From the human T2T-CHM13v2.0 reference genome, Homo sapiens: 64,000 nt of DNA. A program made the position numbers and the translations under genes. A model generated the notes under the pieces. The model saw only the letters and a program-made list of their open reading frames with translations. It was not told the origin of the DNA and searched no databases. The DNA lies in NCBI RefSeq assembly GCF_009914755.1, contig NC_060947.1, one strand, 5' to 3'. Each line of letters opens with the position of its first letter. The first letter of the stretch is position 1. This document shows positions 1 to 19,168 of the stretch, in pieces.

Positions 1-1437
<1,437 letters not shown>

Positions 1438-1582
1438 TACCTTGTCATATTGTGCATTAAAGAATTCATTGAGTGTAATCATGTAAGTCTAACACACATT
1501 TAAAAAGCTCTCAGATATCATTTCGCCTTCGGTTGATGTAAGAAAATTCAAAAGCTACTCAAATCATTCAATAAATGATAAA

Positions 1583-1877
1583 ATTATTTATTTATTTATT
1601 TATTTATTTTTGAGACAGGTTATCGCTCTGTCACTTAGGCTGGGATGCAGTGGCATGATCACGGCTCATCAGAGCTTTGACTTCCCAGGCTCAGGTTATC
1701 CTCCCACCTCAGCCTCCCGAGTAGTGGGGACTACAGGCACCCACCACTACACCCAGCTAATTTTTGTATTTTTTTAGATGGGATTTTGCCGTGTTGCCCA
1801 AGCTAGTCTCGAACTCCTGGGCTCAAGTGTTCTGCCCACCTCAGCCTCCCAGAGTGCTAGGATTACAGGTGTGAGCC
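1583..1877 (-). mobile_element. Alu (J-type) with 13-bp TSD aataaatgataaa
   Basis: (TTTA)n tail, Alu body, direct repeats at 1570-1582 and 1878-1890. Confidence 0.93.
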
Positions 1878-2685
1878 AATAAATGATAAATTCCTTACCC
1901 ATGAGTTTTAGTAACATTGTACATCAAATAATTTATGAAGGGTCGAAACCATGAAGCTAGCAAACACTGGAATGCCTTTGGAAAGAAGTGAGGTGTCATC
2001 TTATATCAGAGCACTTACATTCAGGAAACATCAATTTAATCAATTTGATAACCCAGCTTTCCTGTATAATATAAGGAAAGTCATGTCTCAGATATGTCAT
2101 CATCCATTTTATAGAAAAGATCGCAGTGGTTACAGTCAAGCACTCAATTATAAATAATACACATATTCTCTGTAGAATAGGTTTAAAAGCTTCTGAAAGT
2201 ATAAATATATTTTCTAATCAGGAGGGCAGAGGAAAAAAATATTAATCCTTACTAGACCAATCTCCAAGATTATCCGTAAATAGATAATCCCTAAATAGAT
2301 TAGTTTGAGAGCACATGAGCCAGCAGGATTGCCAAATAGACCTTGCACATGTATTTTATCTATCATCAGTACAAAAGTGGAAGCATCTTATGGAGAAAGG
2401 TTATACTCTTCTGGGATACTTTTCTTTGAAAAGTCAAAATTTATTATTCTCTCTTAAAAAAGTAATTATGGTGGAAAGATCCTGTAAGAGCAGTATTAAT
2501 TGAAATAAAAATAAGCAACTTGAATATCCAGTAATAGGTGATTGAATTGATATATTCATAAATTGGAATCATGCTTCCATTAATGTATTCATATTTTAAG
2601 GAGTGTGGAAAATGTTCATAGTAAACTAAGACTATAAAACTACTTTATGATTTGTGTTGTAAAATGGCATATATAAGAAGGATAT

Positions 2686-3081
<396 letters not shown>

Positions 3082-4896
3082 TTATATTACCTTTCTATCT
3101 TGTCTATGTGTTTATTCTCACATGTGGAGAGAAACACACACAAAAAAAGCTAGGAAGAAACTACACCCTCTATTAATAGTTATATTTAGAACAAAAATTA
3201 TTGATTTTTAATGCCTCTGATTATACTCTCAAATTTCAAGAAACTACCAAGAAGGATTATTTACAATGTCTTTTATATAGTTTTCTTTATCCCTCCTTAT
3301 TTTTCTATTCAGTTTTATTTTCAATATATTACACTATTCTGCTACTTTCTGTTCTGCACACATCATCCCACTTTGACATGTCTACACATACTCTATTTTC
3401 CATGTGGTTGTCTGTTTGATCTCATTGTTAGAAGAATATATTCTACAACTTTGAGAAAGTATCTCTTATGATTTTAACTTGGAGAGTGATTTTCTAATGA
3501 GAGCTAAAACATTATCTTGGTTTTACACTTCATCCTCACAAATCCTGTGACCTAAATTGGAAGATACCAGATTTTACATATGAGAAAACACTGTAGTGAG
3601 TAACTCAAGGTCCCATGGGTAATAAGAACAAACTGACGAAAACCCAAATCTCCAGAAACCAAATATAAATTCTGATACTGGTGATTGCTATTGGATAACT
3701 ATTTTCTCTTTTCCTCTTTTTTCCGTATTCCCTATCACCAGCTCACAAAATGCACTGTGGTGAGTATATCTTAATATTGATTTGTTATGAAAGTAAAGGC
3801 TTTTCATTTTATAAAAGCATTACATTGATGAATTCCACTGATTGTCTTGGTAACACTATTAAGAGGGAAGACAATGACAGTCCCACCTCCACTGATCAGA
3901 CATACCTTCTGATATTTTATAGATGAAAAAGCAAAATCATAAGGAGTTTACTTAAAACTCATGGAAAACAAGAAGTATAGCAACATTAGCCACTGATACA
4001 CATTCCGTGTGGCTCCATGCAGCCAATCTGTGCTCCTCTACGATGTCTTTCATCCCTCTACACCTCACCCAGTGGAAGAGAGGAGGGAACATCTTATGTG
4101 GTAATTTAGTATCTTCTCATTTTTGTCTTGGATTTAAATGTTGAATAAGAACAGACCCTCATTTCCATGTATATTGTAGTTGGTATTGCCAGGCCAGCAA
4201 TCATGCTGCAACAAGTTGTCGGGGGGCAGGGGGTGGGGGATGGGGAGATAAGTTGAAAAAAGTTTAAAGGTATTGCCAAGCTGCGGAAACAATGAGTTCT
4301 AGATGAATTAAAATTCCAGAAAGTGAAGTGCTTTTTCTAGGGGAGTTGACAATTGCTGACCATTATCTCATCTGGGGGCACTTGCTGATTTTCATTGTGA
4401 GCTGAGGATGGGGCTTGGTCTAGGCTGATAGACTTTACAAGAGGAACAGATCCAGAAGGGGTTTTGGAAGTTATATAGGGCTGACTTAGAAACTAGAAGA
4501 GCTTCAAGCACATGATTAGTTTTGTCCACCGGACATTTGCTAAGTTTGTGATCGTGTGGGAAGTTAGGGAACTGGGCCAGAAAGGCAGTCTCTCTGCTTT
4601 GGAAACAGTCCAAATAAGAGAATGGGCTTGCCACAGTCATGAGAAAGAAGGCTAAAGAGCTCAGCTCAAAACCCATGAAGGGGAGAACTAAATCTCAAGC
4701 AGTTTTTCTAGTCTGAGGAGATAGACCAAACAGGCTCTCCAGCAAAAGTGCAGGAGGGAAACACCTGAGGCACAGTGATGAACAAGAGCTGGGTTGTGTT
4801 CGTAACACCAAAGCCCTGATTGTTTAAGGTGATTAGTGCCTTACCTTACCTCTCTTATCTTTAGAGGAAAAGAAAATAAACTACAGTCTCTACAGT

Positions 4897-6493
<1,597 letters not shown>

Positions 6494-7720
6494 TTTTTTG
6501 TTTGTTTTTTTTTTTTTTTTTTTTTTTTGCTCTCCTTTTTTTTAAAAAAAAAATCATACTTTAAGTTCTAGGTTATATGTGCAGAATGTGCAGATTTGCT
6601 ACATAGGTATACATGTGCCATGTTAGTTTGCTGCACCCATCAACTCGTCATTTACATTAGGTATTTCTCCTAATGCTATCCCTCCCCCAGCCCCCCACCC
6701 CCCGACAAGCCCCAGTGTGTGATGTTCCCCGCCCCGTGTCCAAGTATTCTCATTGTTCCATTCCCACCTATGAGTGAGAACATGCGGTGTTTGGTTTCCT
6801 TTCCTTATGATAGTTTGCTGAGAATGATGGTCTCCAGCTTCATCCACGTCCCTGCAAAGGACATGAACTCATCCTTTTTTATGGCTGCATAGTATTCCAT
6901 GGTGTATATGTGCCACATTTTCTCAATCTAGTCTATCATTGATGGACATTTGGGTTGGTTCCAAGTCTTTGCTATTGTGAATAGTGCCACAGTAAACATA
7001 TGTGTGCATGTGTCTTTATAATAGGATGATTTATAATCCTTTGGGTATATACCCAGTAATGGGATGGCTGGGTCAAATGGTATTTCTAGTTCTAGATCCT
7101 TGAGGAATTGCTACACTGTCTTCCACAATGGCTGAACTAGTTTACAGTTCCACTAACAGTGTAAAAGCATTCCTATTTCTCCACATCCTCTCCAGCATCT
7201 GTTGTTTCCTGACTTTTTAATGATCACCATTCTAACTGGCATGAGATGGTATATCATTGTGGTTTGGATTTGCATTTCTCTGATAAGCAGTGATGATGAA
7301 CATTTTTCCATATGTCTGTTGGCTGCATAAATGTCTTCTTTTGAGAAGTGTCTGTTCATATCCTTTGCCCACTTTTTGATGGGGTTGCTTGTCTTCTTCT
7401 TGTAAATTTGTTTAAGTTCTTTGTAGATTCTGGATATTAGCCTTTTTTGCCTGTTCACTCTGATGATAGTTTCTTTTGCTGTGCAGAAGCTCTTTAGTTT
7501 ATGTAGATCTCATTAGTCTATTTTGGCTTTTGTTGCCATTGCTTTTGGTGTTTTAGTCATGAAGTCTTTGCCCATGTCTATGTCCTGAATGGTATTGCCT
7601 AGGTTTTCTTCTAGGGTTTTTACGGTTTTAGGTCTAACATTTAAGTCTTTAATCCATCTTAATTTTTGTATAAGTTGTAAGGAAGGGATCCAGTTTCAGC
7701 TTTCTACATATGACTAGTCA

Positions 7721-8153
<433 letters not shown>

Positions 8154-8470
8154 TTATTTCATTGAGCAGTGATTTGTAGTTCTCCTTGAAGAGGTCCTTC
8201 ACATCCCTTGTAAGTTGGATCCTAGGTATTTTATTCTCTTTGTAGTAATTGTGAATGGGAGTTCACTCATGATTTGGATCTCTGTTTGTCTGTTATTGGT
8301 GTATAGGAATGGTTGTGATTTTTGCACATTGATTTTGTATCCTGAGACTTTGCTGAAGTTGCTTATCAGCTTAAGGAGATTTTGGGCTGAGATGATGGGG
8401 TTTTCTAAATATACAATCGTGTCATCTGCAAACAGATACAATTTGACTTTGTCTTTTCCTAACTGAATAC

Positions 8471-8981
8471 TGCCGAGACCAGCTCAGTCGGGGAGACCCT
8501 AACCCAGCAGCGCTAAAGAAATTAAAGACACACACACAGAAATATAGAGGTGTGAAGTGGGAAATCAGGGGTCTCACAGCCTTCAGAGCCGAGAGCCCCA
8601 AACAGAGATTTACCCACATATTTATTAACAGCAAGCCAGTCATTAGCATTGTTTCTACAGATATTCAATTAACTAAAAGCTTCCCTTATGGGAAACGAAG
8701 GGATGGGCCGAATTAAAGGAATAGGTTGGGCTAGTTAACTGCAGCAGGAGCATGTCCTAAGGCACAGATCACTCATGCTGTTGTTGGTGGCTTAAGAATG
8801 CCTTTAAGCGGTTTTCCGCCCTGGGCAGGCCAGGTGTCCCTTGCCCTCATTCCCGTAAACCCACAACCTTCCAGCTTGGGCGTTAGGGCCATTATGAACA
8901 TGTTATGGTGCTGCAGAGATTTTTTTATGGCCAGTTTTGGGGCCAGTTTATGGCCAGATTTTGGGGGGCCTGCTCCCAACA
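8471..8981 (-). mobile_element. Solo LTR, MER9-type (HERV-K/HML-3 family), nested in L1 ORF2
   Basis: 511 bp, TG...CA ends, perfect 6-bp TSD gaatac (8465-8470, 8982-8987); minus strand starts tgttgggagcaggccccccaaaatctggccataaactgg. Confidence 0.88.
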
Positions 8982-9456
8982 GAATACCTTTTATTGCTTT
9001 CTCTTGACTGATTGCCCTGGCCAGAACTTCCAACACTATGTTGAATAGGAGTGGTGAGAGAGGGCATCCTTGTCTTGTGCCATTTTCGAAGGGAATGCTT
9101 CCAGTTTTTGCCCATTCAGTATGATATTGGCTGTGGGTTTGTCATAAATAGCTCTTATCATTTTGAGATACGTTCCATCGATACCTAGTTTATTGAGAGT
9201 TTTTAGCATGAAGAGCTGTTGAATTTTGTCGGAGGCCTTTTCTGCATCTATTGAGATAATCATGTGTTTTTTGTCATTGGTTCTGTTTATGTGATGGATT
9301 ACGTTTATTGATTTGCATATGTTGAACCAACCTTGCATACCAGGAATGAAGCCAACTTGATCATGGTGGATAAGCTTTTTGATGTGCTGCTGGATCTGGC
9401 TTGCCAGTATTTTATTGAGGATTTTTGCATCGATGTTCATCAGGGATATTGGCCTA

Positions 9457-9867
<411 letters not shown>

Positions 9868-11337
9868 TTATTGTGTCTATTTGATTCTTCTCTCTTTTCT
9901 TCTTTATTAGTCTTGCTAGTGGTCTATCAATTTTGCTGATCTTTTAAAAAAACCAGCTCCTGAATTCACTGATTTTTTTGAAGGGCTTTTTGTGTGTGTG
10001 TCTCTATCTCCTTCAGTTCTGCTCTGATCTTAGTTATTTCTTGCCTTCTGCTAGCTTTTGAATGTGTTTGCTCTTGCTTCTCTAGTTGTTTTAATTGTGA
10101 TGTTAGGGTGTCAATTTTAGATCTCTTCTGCTTTCTCTTGTGGGCATTTAGTCCTATAAATTTCCCTCTACACACTGCTTTACATGCGTCCCAGAGATTC
10201 TGTTATGTTGTGTCTTTGTTCTCATTGGTTTCAAAGAACATCTTTATTTCTGCCTTCATTTTGTTATTTACCCAGTAGTCATTCAGGAGCAGGTTGTTCA
10301 GTTTCCATGTAGTTGTGCAGTTTTGAGTGAGTTTCTTAATCCTGAGTTCTAATTTGATTGCACTGTGGTCAGAGAGACAGTTCATTGTGATTTCTGTTCT
10401 TTCACATTTGCTGAGGAGTGTTTTACTTCCAATTATGTGTTCAATTTTAGAATAAGTGGGATGTGGTGCTGAGAAGAATGTATATTCTGTTGATTGGGGT
10501 GGAGAGTTCTATAGATATCTATTAGGTTGGCTTGGTCCAGAGCTGAGTTCAAGTCCTGAATATCCTTGTCAAGCTTCTGTCTCGTTGATCTGTCTAATAT
10601 TGACAGTGGGGTGTTAAAGTCTCCCATTATTATTCTGTGGGAGTCTAAGTCTCTTTGTAGGTCTCTAAGGACTTGCTTCATGAATCTGGGTCCTCCTGTA
10701 TTGGGTGCATATATATTTAGGATAGTTAGCTCTTCTTGTTGAATTGATCCCTTTATCATTATGTAATGGCCTTGTTTGTCTCTTTTGATCTTTGTTATTT
10801 TACAGTCTGTTTTATCAGAGACTAGGATTGCAACCCCTGTTTTTTTTTTTTTTTGGCTGTCCATTTGCTTGGTAGATCTTCCTCCATCCCTTTATTTTGA
10901 GCCTATCTGTGTCTTTGCATGTGAGATGTGTCTCCTGAATACAGCACACTGATGGGTCTTCACTGTTTATCCAATTTGCCAGTCTGTGTCTTTTAATTGG
11001 GACATTTAGCCCATTTACATTTAAGGTTAATATTTTTATGTGTGAATTTGATCCTGTCATTATGATGCTAGCTGGTTATTTTGCTTGTTAATTGATGCAG
11101 TTTCTTCATAGGGTTGGTGGTCTTTACAATTTGGCATGTTTTTGCAGTGGCCGGTACCAGTTGTTCCTTTCCAAGTTTAGTGCTTCCTTCAGGAGCTCTG
11201 TAAGGCAGGCCTGGTAGTGACAAAATCTCTCAGCATTTGCTTGTCTGTAAAGGATTTTATTTCTCCTTCACTTATGAAGCTTAGTTTGGCTGGATATGAA
11301 ATTCTGGGTTGAAAATTCTTTTCTTTAAGAATGTTGA

Positions 11338-11765
<428 letters not shown>

Positions 11766-13461
11766 TTAACCTTGGTGAATCTGACAATTATGTGTCTTGG
11801 GGTTGCTCTTCTCATGGAGTATCTTTGTGGTGTTCTCTGTATTTCCTGAATTTGAATGTTGGTCTGCCTTGCTAGGTTGGGGAAGTTCTCCTGGATAATA
11901 TCCTGAAGAGTGTTTTCCTACTTGGTTCTGTTCTCCCCGTCACTTTCAGGTACACCAGTCAAACGTAGATTTGGTCTTTTCACATAGTCCCATATTTCTT
12001 GAAGGCTTTGTTCGTTTCTTTTCACTCGTTTTTCTCTAATCTTGTCTTCTTGCTTTATTTCATTAATTTGATCTTCAATTACTGATATCCTTTCTTCTGC
12101 TTGATTGAATCAGCTATTGAAGCTTGTGTAAGCTTCACGAAGTTCTCGTACTGTGGTTTTCAGCTCCATCAGGTCATTTAAGCTCTTCTCTACACTGGTT
12201 ATTCTAGTTACCATTTCATCTAACCTTTTTTCAAGGTTTTTAGCTTCCTTGTGATGGGTTACAACATACTCCTTTAGCTCAGAGAAGTTTGTTATTACTG
12301 ACCTTCTGAAGCCTACTTCTGTCAATTCATCAAACTCATTCTCTGTCCAGTTTTGTTCCCTTGCTGGCGAGGAGTTGTGTTCCTTTGGATGTTTAGAGGC
12401 ATTCTGGTCTTTGGAATTTTCCGCCTTTCTGCTCTGGTTTCTCCCCATCTTTGTGGTTTTATCTACCTTTGGTCTTTGATGTTGGTGACCTACAGATGGG
12501 GTTTTGGTGTGGATGTCCTTTTTGTTGATGTTGATGCTATTCCTTTTGTTAGTTTTCCTTTTAACAGACAGGCCCCTCAGCTGCAGGTCTATTGGAGTTT
12601 GCTGGAGGTCTACTCCAGACCCTGTTTGCCTGGGTATCACCAGCAGAGGTTGCAGAACAGCAAATATCACTGCCTGATTCTTCCTCTGGAAGCTTCATCC
12701 CAGAGGGGCACCTGCCTGTATGAGGTGTCTGTCGGCCCCTACTGGGAGGTGTCTCCCAGTCAGGCTACACGAGGGTCAGGGACCCACTTGAAGAAGCAGT
12801 CTGTACATTATCGGAGCTTGAACGCTGTGCTGGGAGAACCACTGCTCTCTTCAGAGCTGTCAGGCAGGGACATTTAAGTATGGAGAAGCTGTCTGTTGCC
12901 TTTTGTTCAGATATGCCCTGCCCCCAGAGGTGGAATCTAGAAAGGCAGTAGGCCTTGCTGAGCTGTGGTAGGCTCCACCCAGTTCGAGCTTCCTGGCCTC
13001 TTTGTTTACATTGTGAGCACAAAACCGCCTATTCAAGCCTCAGCAATGGCCAACCCCCCTCCCCTCACCAAGCTCACGCATCCCAGGTCGATCTCAGATT
13101 GCTGCACTAGCAGCGAGCAAGGCTCCACGGGTGTGGGACCTGCCGAGCCAGGCATGGAAGGGGATCTCCTGGTCTGCTGGTTGCGAAGACTGGGAAAAGC
13201 ACAGTACTTGGGCAGGAGTGTACCACTCCTCCAGGTACAGTCACTCCTGTCTTCCCTTGGCTAGGAAAGGGAAATCCCCTGACCCCTTGCGCTTCCTGGG
13301 TGAGGCGACACCCCGCCCTGCTTCAGCTCGCCCTCCATGGGCTGCACCCACTGTCCCAATGAGATGAACCAGGTACCTCAGTTGGAAATGCAGAAATCAG
13401 CCATCTTCTGCATCAATCTCACTGGGAGCTATAGACCAGAGCTGTTCCTATTTGGCCATCT

Positions 13462-16400
13462 CCTGGAAGATAAGCAGCCCAGACTTGAGTTTCTAGATGG
13501 ATACAACCAGGTGCATGTTCGAGGCACAGAGCAGGGTATTTATAACCCATGGTAACATTAAATGCAGTGCCTTCTTCTCCTGGTTCAGCAGGGCAATGGT
13601 CATCTGTAACTGATAAGCCCAATAAGAATAATTACGTGTAGCAGGTAAATCAGTGTGAGAGGAAACTGGTGAGACAGAAAGTATAAGGAGGAGAATCATT
13701 AAATAAAACCTAGTGTAAGCGAGATTCAGTGCTGAAGGAGGAAGAGAAGAACAGAGGGATGTTATTTTAAGGCTAATAGAAATGGTGAGATTTTTAGGTT
13801 TGTAAGGAGAAAAAGAAAGGTAATCAGGAGAAGTGGGATTAGTTAGATGGGTCTCCATTGCCATCAGGAAGGATTGAATCAGACCCATTGTGATTTGGCA
13901 TGCCAGCTTCTGAGGAGTTGGCACAGATCTCACCACGTCTGAGGACGGTCTCTGACACAGACATCTTTTCTCTGTGGTTTTCTTTTGATGATCTCCTGGT
14001 GAAACACAAGCATATCCTCTTTCCCACATTAAGCAGAATAAGAGACAATATTTAAAAGTTTGGGGAAATCCTGTAAGGCAGTAATTACAGCAATTAACTC
14101 TGCCTTTTGAGCAGAGGTATAAGAGGTAGAAATAAGCTTGTCTGTAGGTCTTAAATAATTAATGTTACCCAAAAGTTTTTGGAAGTCATTTAAAGTTTTG
14201 AAGGAATCTCTCCTAATTTGAACTTTTTGAGGTTGAATACGTTGTTTATCGACCACATTCCTAAATATTGAACAGCAGTGGTCTGTTGAATTTTATCCTG
14301 AGCAATGTGTAATCCAGCCTCTATAACACAGTGGCTCAAACTTTGATAACAGTCAATTATTTATTTATCAGTGGGGGCAGCAATTAAAATATCATCAATA
14401 TAATGAAGAATATAGGCCTGGGGAAATTGGGCTCAAACTAGTGAAAGCACTTATCCAACATAAAGCTGGCAGATTGTAGGGCTATTTAGCATTCCCTAAG
14501 GAAGTATTTTCCATTGATAACGAGCTGCAGGCTCCTGATTATTGATAGATGGTACAGTAAAATCAAATTTTTTACAATCCGATTTATGTAAAGCAATATG
14601 AAAAAAACAATCTTTAAGATCAATAACTAGGAGAGGCCAATTTTTAGGTATTAAAGCAGAGGCAGGCATGCCAGGTTGGATGGCTCCTATAGGTTTAATT
14701 ACAGCATTAATGGCCCTTACATTGGTTACCATCCGCCATTTGCCTGATTTCTTTTTTACTAGAAACACAGGAGAATTCCAGGGGGAAAGAGAAGGTTCCA
14801 CATTTCCAAGTTGTAACTGTTCAGAAACCAATTGAGTTAAAGCTTCCAGTTTTCTTTAGAAAGCGGCCACTGCTGAATCCAAACGGGTGTGTCAGATTTC
14901 CACTGTAAAGGGATAGGATCAGGAGGCGTGGCAGCGGCCGCCACTAAAAAGGATAACCTAAACCATTACTGTCTTATTTTATAGTAATTGGGAGGGGTTT
15001 AGTAATCCCTTCATGCTTTAGACCCAGACCAAGCCCAGGAACAAACCCCATGTTTTCCATCATATGCTGACTGGGAGCACTATAAGAGTTATGTGGAATA
15101 TTAATTTCAGCCTCAGTATCTACTAGGCCCTCAAAACTTTTTTCCTTGAATGTGTATGGTAAAGGTGGGCCATTGTTTAGAAATTACATTAATCTACTAA
15201 GTGGCCTTTTCACCACCAGAGCCCATCCCAGGGCCACGTGTGTTATCTCCTTTGTTTAAAACGATATTAGGTAGTAAAAGCAATTGAGCTTGTTTAAAGG
15301 TAGTAAAAGAAACAGGAGCTTGGCCTGGGGCGCGTAATTTATCCCAAGCTCTCATACACACCTTTGTTACTTGTTTTGTGGTAAGAGCATCAAAGCCTAA
15401 TTGGGCATAAGTATCAGAGAAACTATCGGAGCCTGTGAGCTGAGCCTGAGTAGTTAGAATGCCATTAGTCCGATTTAGCTGAGCCTGCAGACGGGCCTCC
15501 TCTGCCCACCAGGCTGAGAGGGGGTTAGAACAGCTTTTGCCAAAAGGTCCGAGTGTAAAGGAAGCAAAGTGACCTCTGTATAAAAAGTTTACAATACCAT
15601 TTTAACGTAAGGAGAAGTAGGACTCTACTGAGTACAAGCATCTTTAATTGTTTTAAAAAAGTAAGATTAAGTGGCGCATATTGACACAGACCAGTTGAGG
15701 AACTGAAACGACAGGAGGGTGAGGGGCTGTAGTGGATCGGGGAGGGCCTGGAGAATTATAGGTAAGTTGTAGTTTGGTCTTGGAGCCATTAGCTGACACT
15801 GGAGGTTTGAAGAGAGAAGAATTAGCATATGTATGGTCCCAGGCTGTGTGAGTCGCGGCCGCGGGAGCTTCAAGTACCGGCTCTTCATGAAAAGAAGATC
15901 ATTGGGGGTAACGTTAAGCCAAAGTTACCAGAGTTAGACATTGAATTTTTAGTATTGTTAGGTGGGGGAGGAGTAGGCGAAGGGAGAGGCTGAGCAGATA
16001 ACAAAGGCTGTATGGGAGAGGAAGGCTGAGGAAAAGGCAGAGAAACTGAGGAAAAGGCAGAAAACTGTGACAACTGCAGGGGGTCACGGGATCGGCACAC
16101 CACCAAGACGGCACGCACCAAGGCCCAACCACCCCAAACAGTGACGATAACATAATTCCTTGCCGGGACCAGCTCCCAGAATGTTGAACCAACATGATCC
16201 CATACTTTTACATATACGGTTCCTTTTTCAGGAAACCAAGGACAGTATTTTTCCACTGCCCTGAATAGAGTGACCATATTTTCCATGGTTACTCGGACCC
16301 TTCCCTGTTTCAACAGGTCTACATCTAAGGTTCCTTTTTCAGGAGACCAAGGACAGAATTTTACCACTGCCCTGAATAGAGTGACCATATTTCCCATGGG

Positions 16401-16634
16401 CACTTGAACCTTTTTCTGTTTTAACCGGAGTTTAATATAGAAGAGATAAGTATAATTTTTATACTCCGTGTGACCCATAGTTAACCGGGACCATACACAG
16501 ACTACTCACCAGTCGTCAGGGAGTCGAACACGTGCATCTGTGGACCCAAACCAATGACATTTCTCCGCACCTACCAAAGGGAATCGGGTTCCCACATGCA
16601 CTTAGGGAAAAAGAAAGACCATGTGGGCGCCAGA
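13462..16634 (-). mobile_element. Betaretrovirus-like (HERV-K, probably HERVK11/HML-8) internal region: gag, pro, pol and env remnants with deletions
   Basis: Matrix-like MGHTEYKNY...CPWFPEKGT (16478 down); [21 protein letters not shown]..., IDLKDCFF; [17 protein letters not shown]; [10 protein letters not shown]; env NYSYWAY, DDHCPAEPGEEG...YKYPALCL. Confidence 0.9.
16615..16632 (-). promoter_or_regulatory. Retroviral primer-binding site, tRNA-Lys-like
   Basis: Minus strand tggcgcccacatgg two bases after the LTR end; similar to TGGCGCCCAACGTGG. Confidence 0.7.
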
Positions 16635-17239
16635 TATTGGGCGAAATTCACCCCCGATATTTCACGTAGGTTCTTTTCTATTTTCCCTAAGTGTCGGCCG
16701 GTCTGAGAAATAAAGGGACAGAGTACAAAAGAGAGAAATTTTAAAGCTGGGTGTCCGGGGGAGACATCACATGTTGGCAGGTTCCATGATGCCCCCAAGC
16801 CATGAAACCAGCAAGTTTTTATTAGTGATTTTCAAAAGGGGAGGGAGTGTACGAATAGGGTGTGGGTCACAGAGATCACATGCTTCACAAGGTAATAAGA
16901 TATCACAAGGCAAACGGAGGCAGGGCAAGATCACGGGACCACAGGACCGGGGCAAAATTAAAATTGCTAATGAAGTTTTGGGCACACATTGTCATTGATA
17001 ACATCTTATCAGGAGACAGGGTTTGAGAGCAGACAACCGGTCTGACCAAAATTTATTAGGTGGGAATTTCCTCGTCCTAATAAGCCTGGGAGCGCTACGG
17101 GAAACCGGGGCTTATTTCATCCCTCAGCTACAAGCGTAAAAGACAGCCATCCCCAAAGTGGCCATTTCAGAGGCCTCCCCTCAGGGATGCATTCTCTTTC
17201 TCAGGGATGTTCCTTGCTGAGAAAAAGAATTCAGTGATA
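16635..17239 (-). mobile_element. MER11-type 5' LTR, U3 end truncated
   Basis: cccccgatatttcacgtaggttcttttctattttccctaagtgtcggccggtctgagaaataaa resembles recalled MER11; only ~600 bp present. Confidence 0.8.
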
Positions 17240-17269
17240 GACCCTCTTCATTGTATCATTCCCTCCACA

Positions 17270-18110
<841 letters not shown>

Positions 18111-19168
18111 CAGAAAACTTAGATGATTTTAATACTGGAATTAGCCAAAAGCACTTTAAATTACCATTAATATAACAGATGTAAAGGAAATGGATTAAAA
18201 TATGAAGGATTTCAAAATATTTGTAATATCTAAAAATGAATGAAATATTTATGCTACAAACTGAAACAAAATACAGTACCCAGGAACTTACTGTATGGGT
18301 TTTAACAGCAGATTGGACACAACAGAAGACAGGATTCATGAACGTGAAGACAAGTCAATAGATTTGTCTCATGGGGAGGGAAAAAATGCAAATAACACAG
18401 ACAGTGTTAGGCATTTGGGACACAGCCAAAAGGTAAAGCACATATAACTGGGGTCCCAGAGAAGAGAGAAACATTGGAACAGGAATAATATTTGAGACAA
18501 TGGTTAAAATTGATAAAAATCCAGTGAAAGAGATCAAACTATGGGGTCAAGAAGCTTTGAGAATCCCAATTCAAATAATATACCAAAATTCATTTCCAGC
18601 CATGATGGAGTAATCAGGTCCAAACTTACCCACCTGCTATAAACAACTAGAAATAATATATATACACTATATGAGGTAACAGTTTTTGTATATTGAACAA
18701 AGGCAGCACAGGATTATAAAGCTGAGAAAAGGAAAACAAATGAGGTGAGCTCTATGATTGCCCTGGCTTCCTGCCTGGAGGTACTTTGCAAAATGTGATA
18801 CAGGGACGGGGGTTTGAAGAAGAACATGATGGTTCACAGAGTTAAGAGGTCAGTACTCAGGAAGTCCAAAGCTACTGGAAGTTTCAGCAGAAAAGGGAGT
18901 TGTTGACAAGAGAGAATAAGAGAAATCTGCATGAGGTCCCCTTGGGTTTGTAACTGAGTATTAAGCTGTGTATAGTGGAACTCCACAAGGCAAGGGAAAG
19001 AGCAGTTGGGGAGCTGTAAGCTGAAGAGTTTCCAGAGGTCACACAGGGATGGAATGTGTGAGTTCTAGCAAGTCAGAGTGGAGAGTTCTTGTCAATCACC
19101 CCCAGGCAATCAGTGGAGACCCCACGGGAGTCATGTCTTAGTAGTGGGGATAAAATAGCCCTCGAAGG

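Noticed and set aside
12110-12877. Overlapping 186-aa and 174-aa ORFs
   Set aside because: L1 5'UTR/ORF1 remnant and its antisense frame; ORF1 is interrupted.
13493-14029. 178-aa ORF as a co-opted env
   Set aside because: Covers the integrase end and env leader only, shifts frame near the NYSYWAY motif, non-ATG start, and env is truncated by L1.
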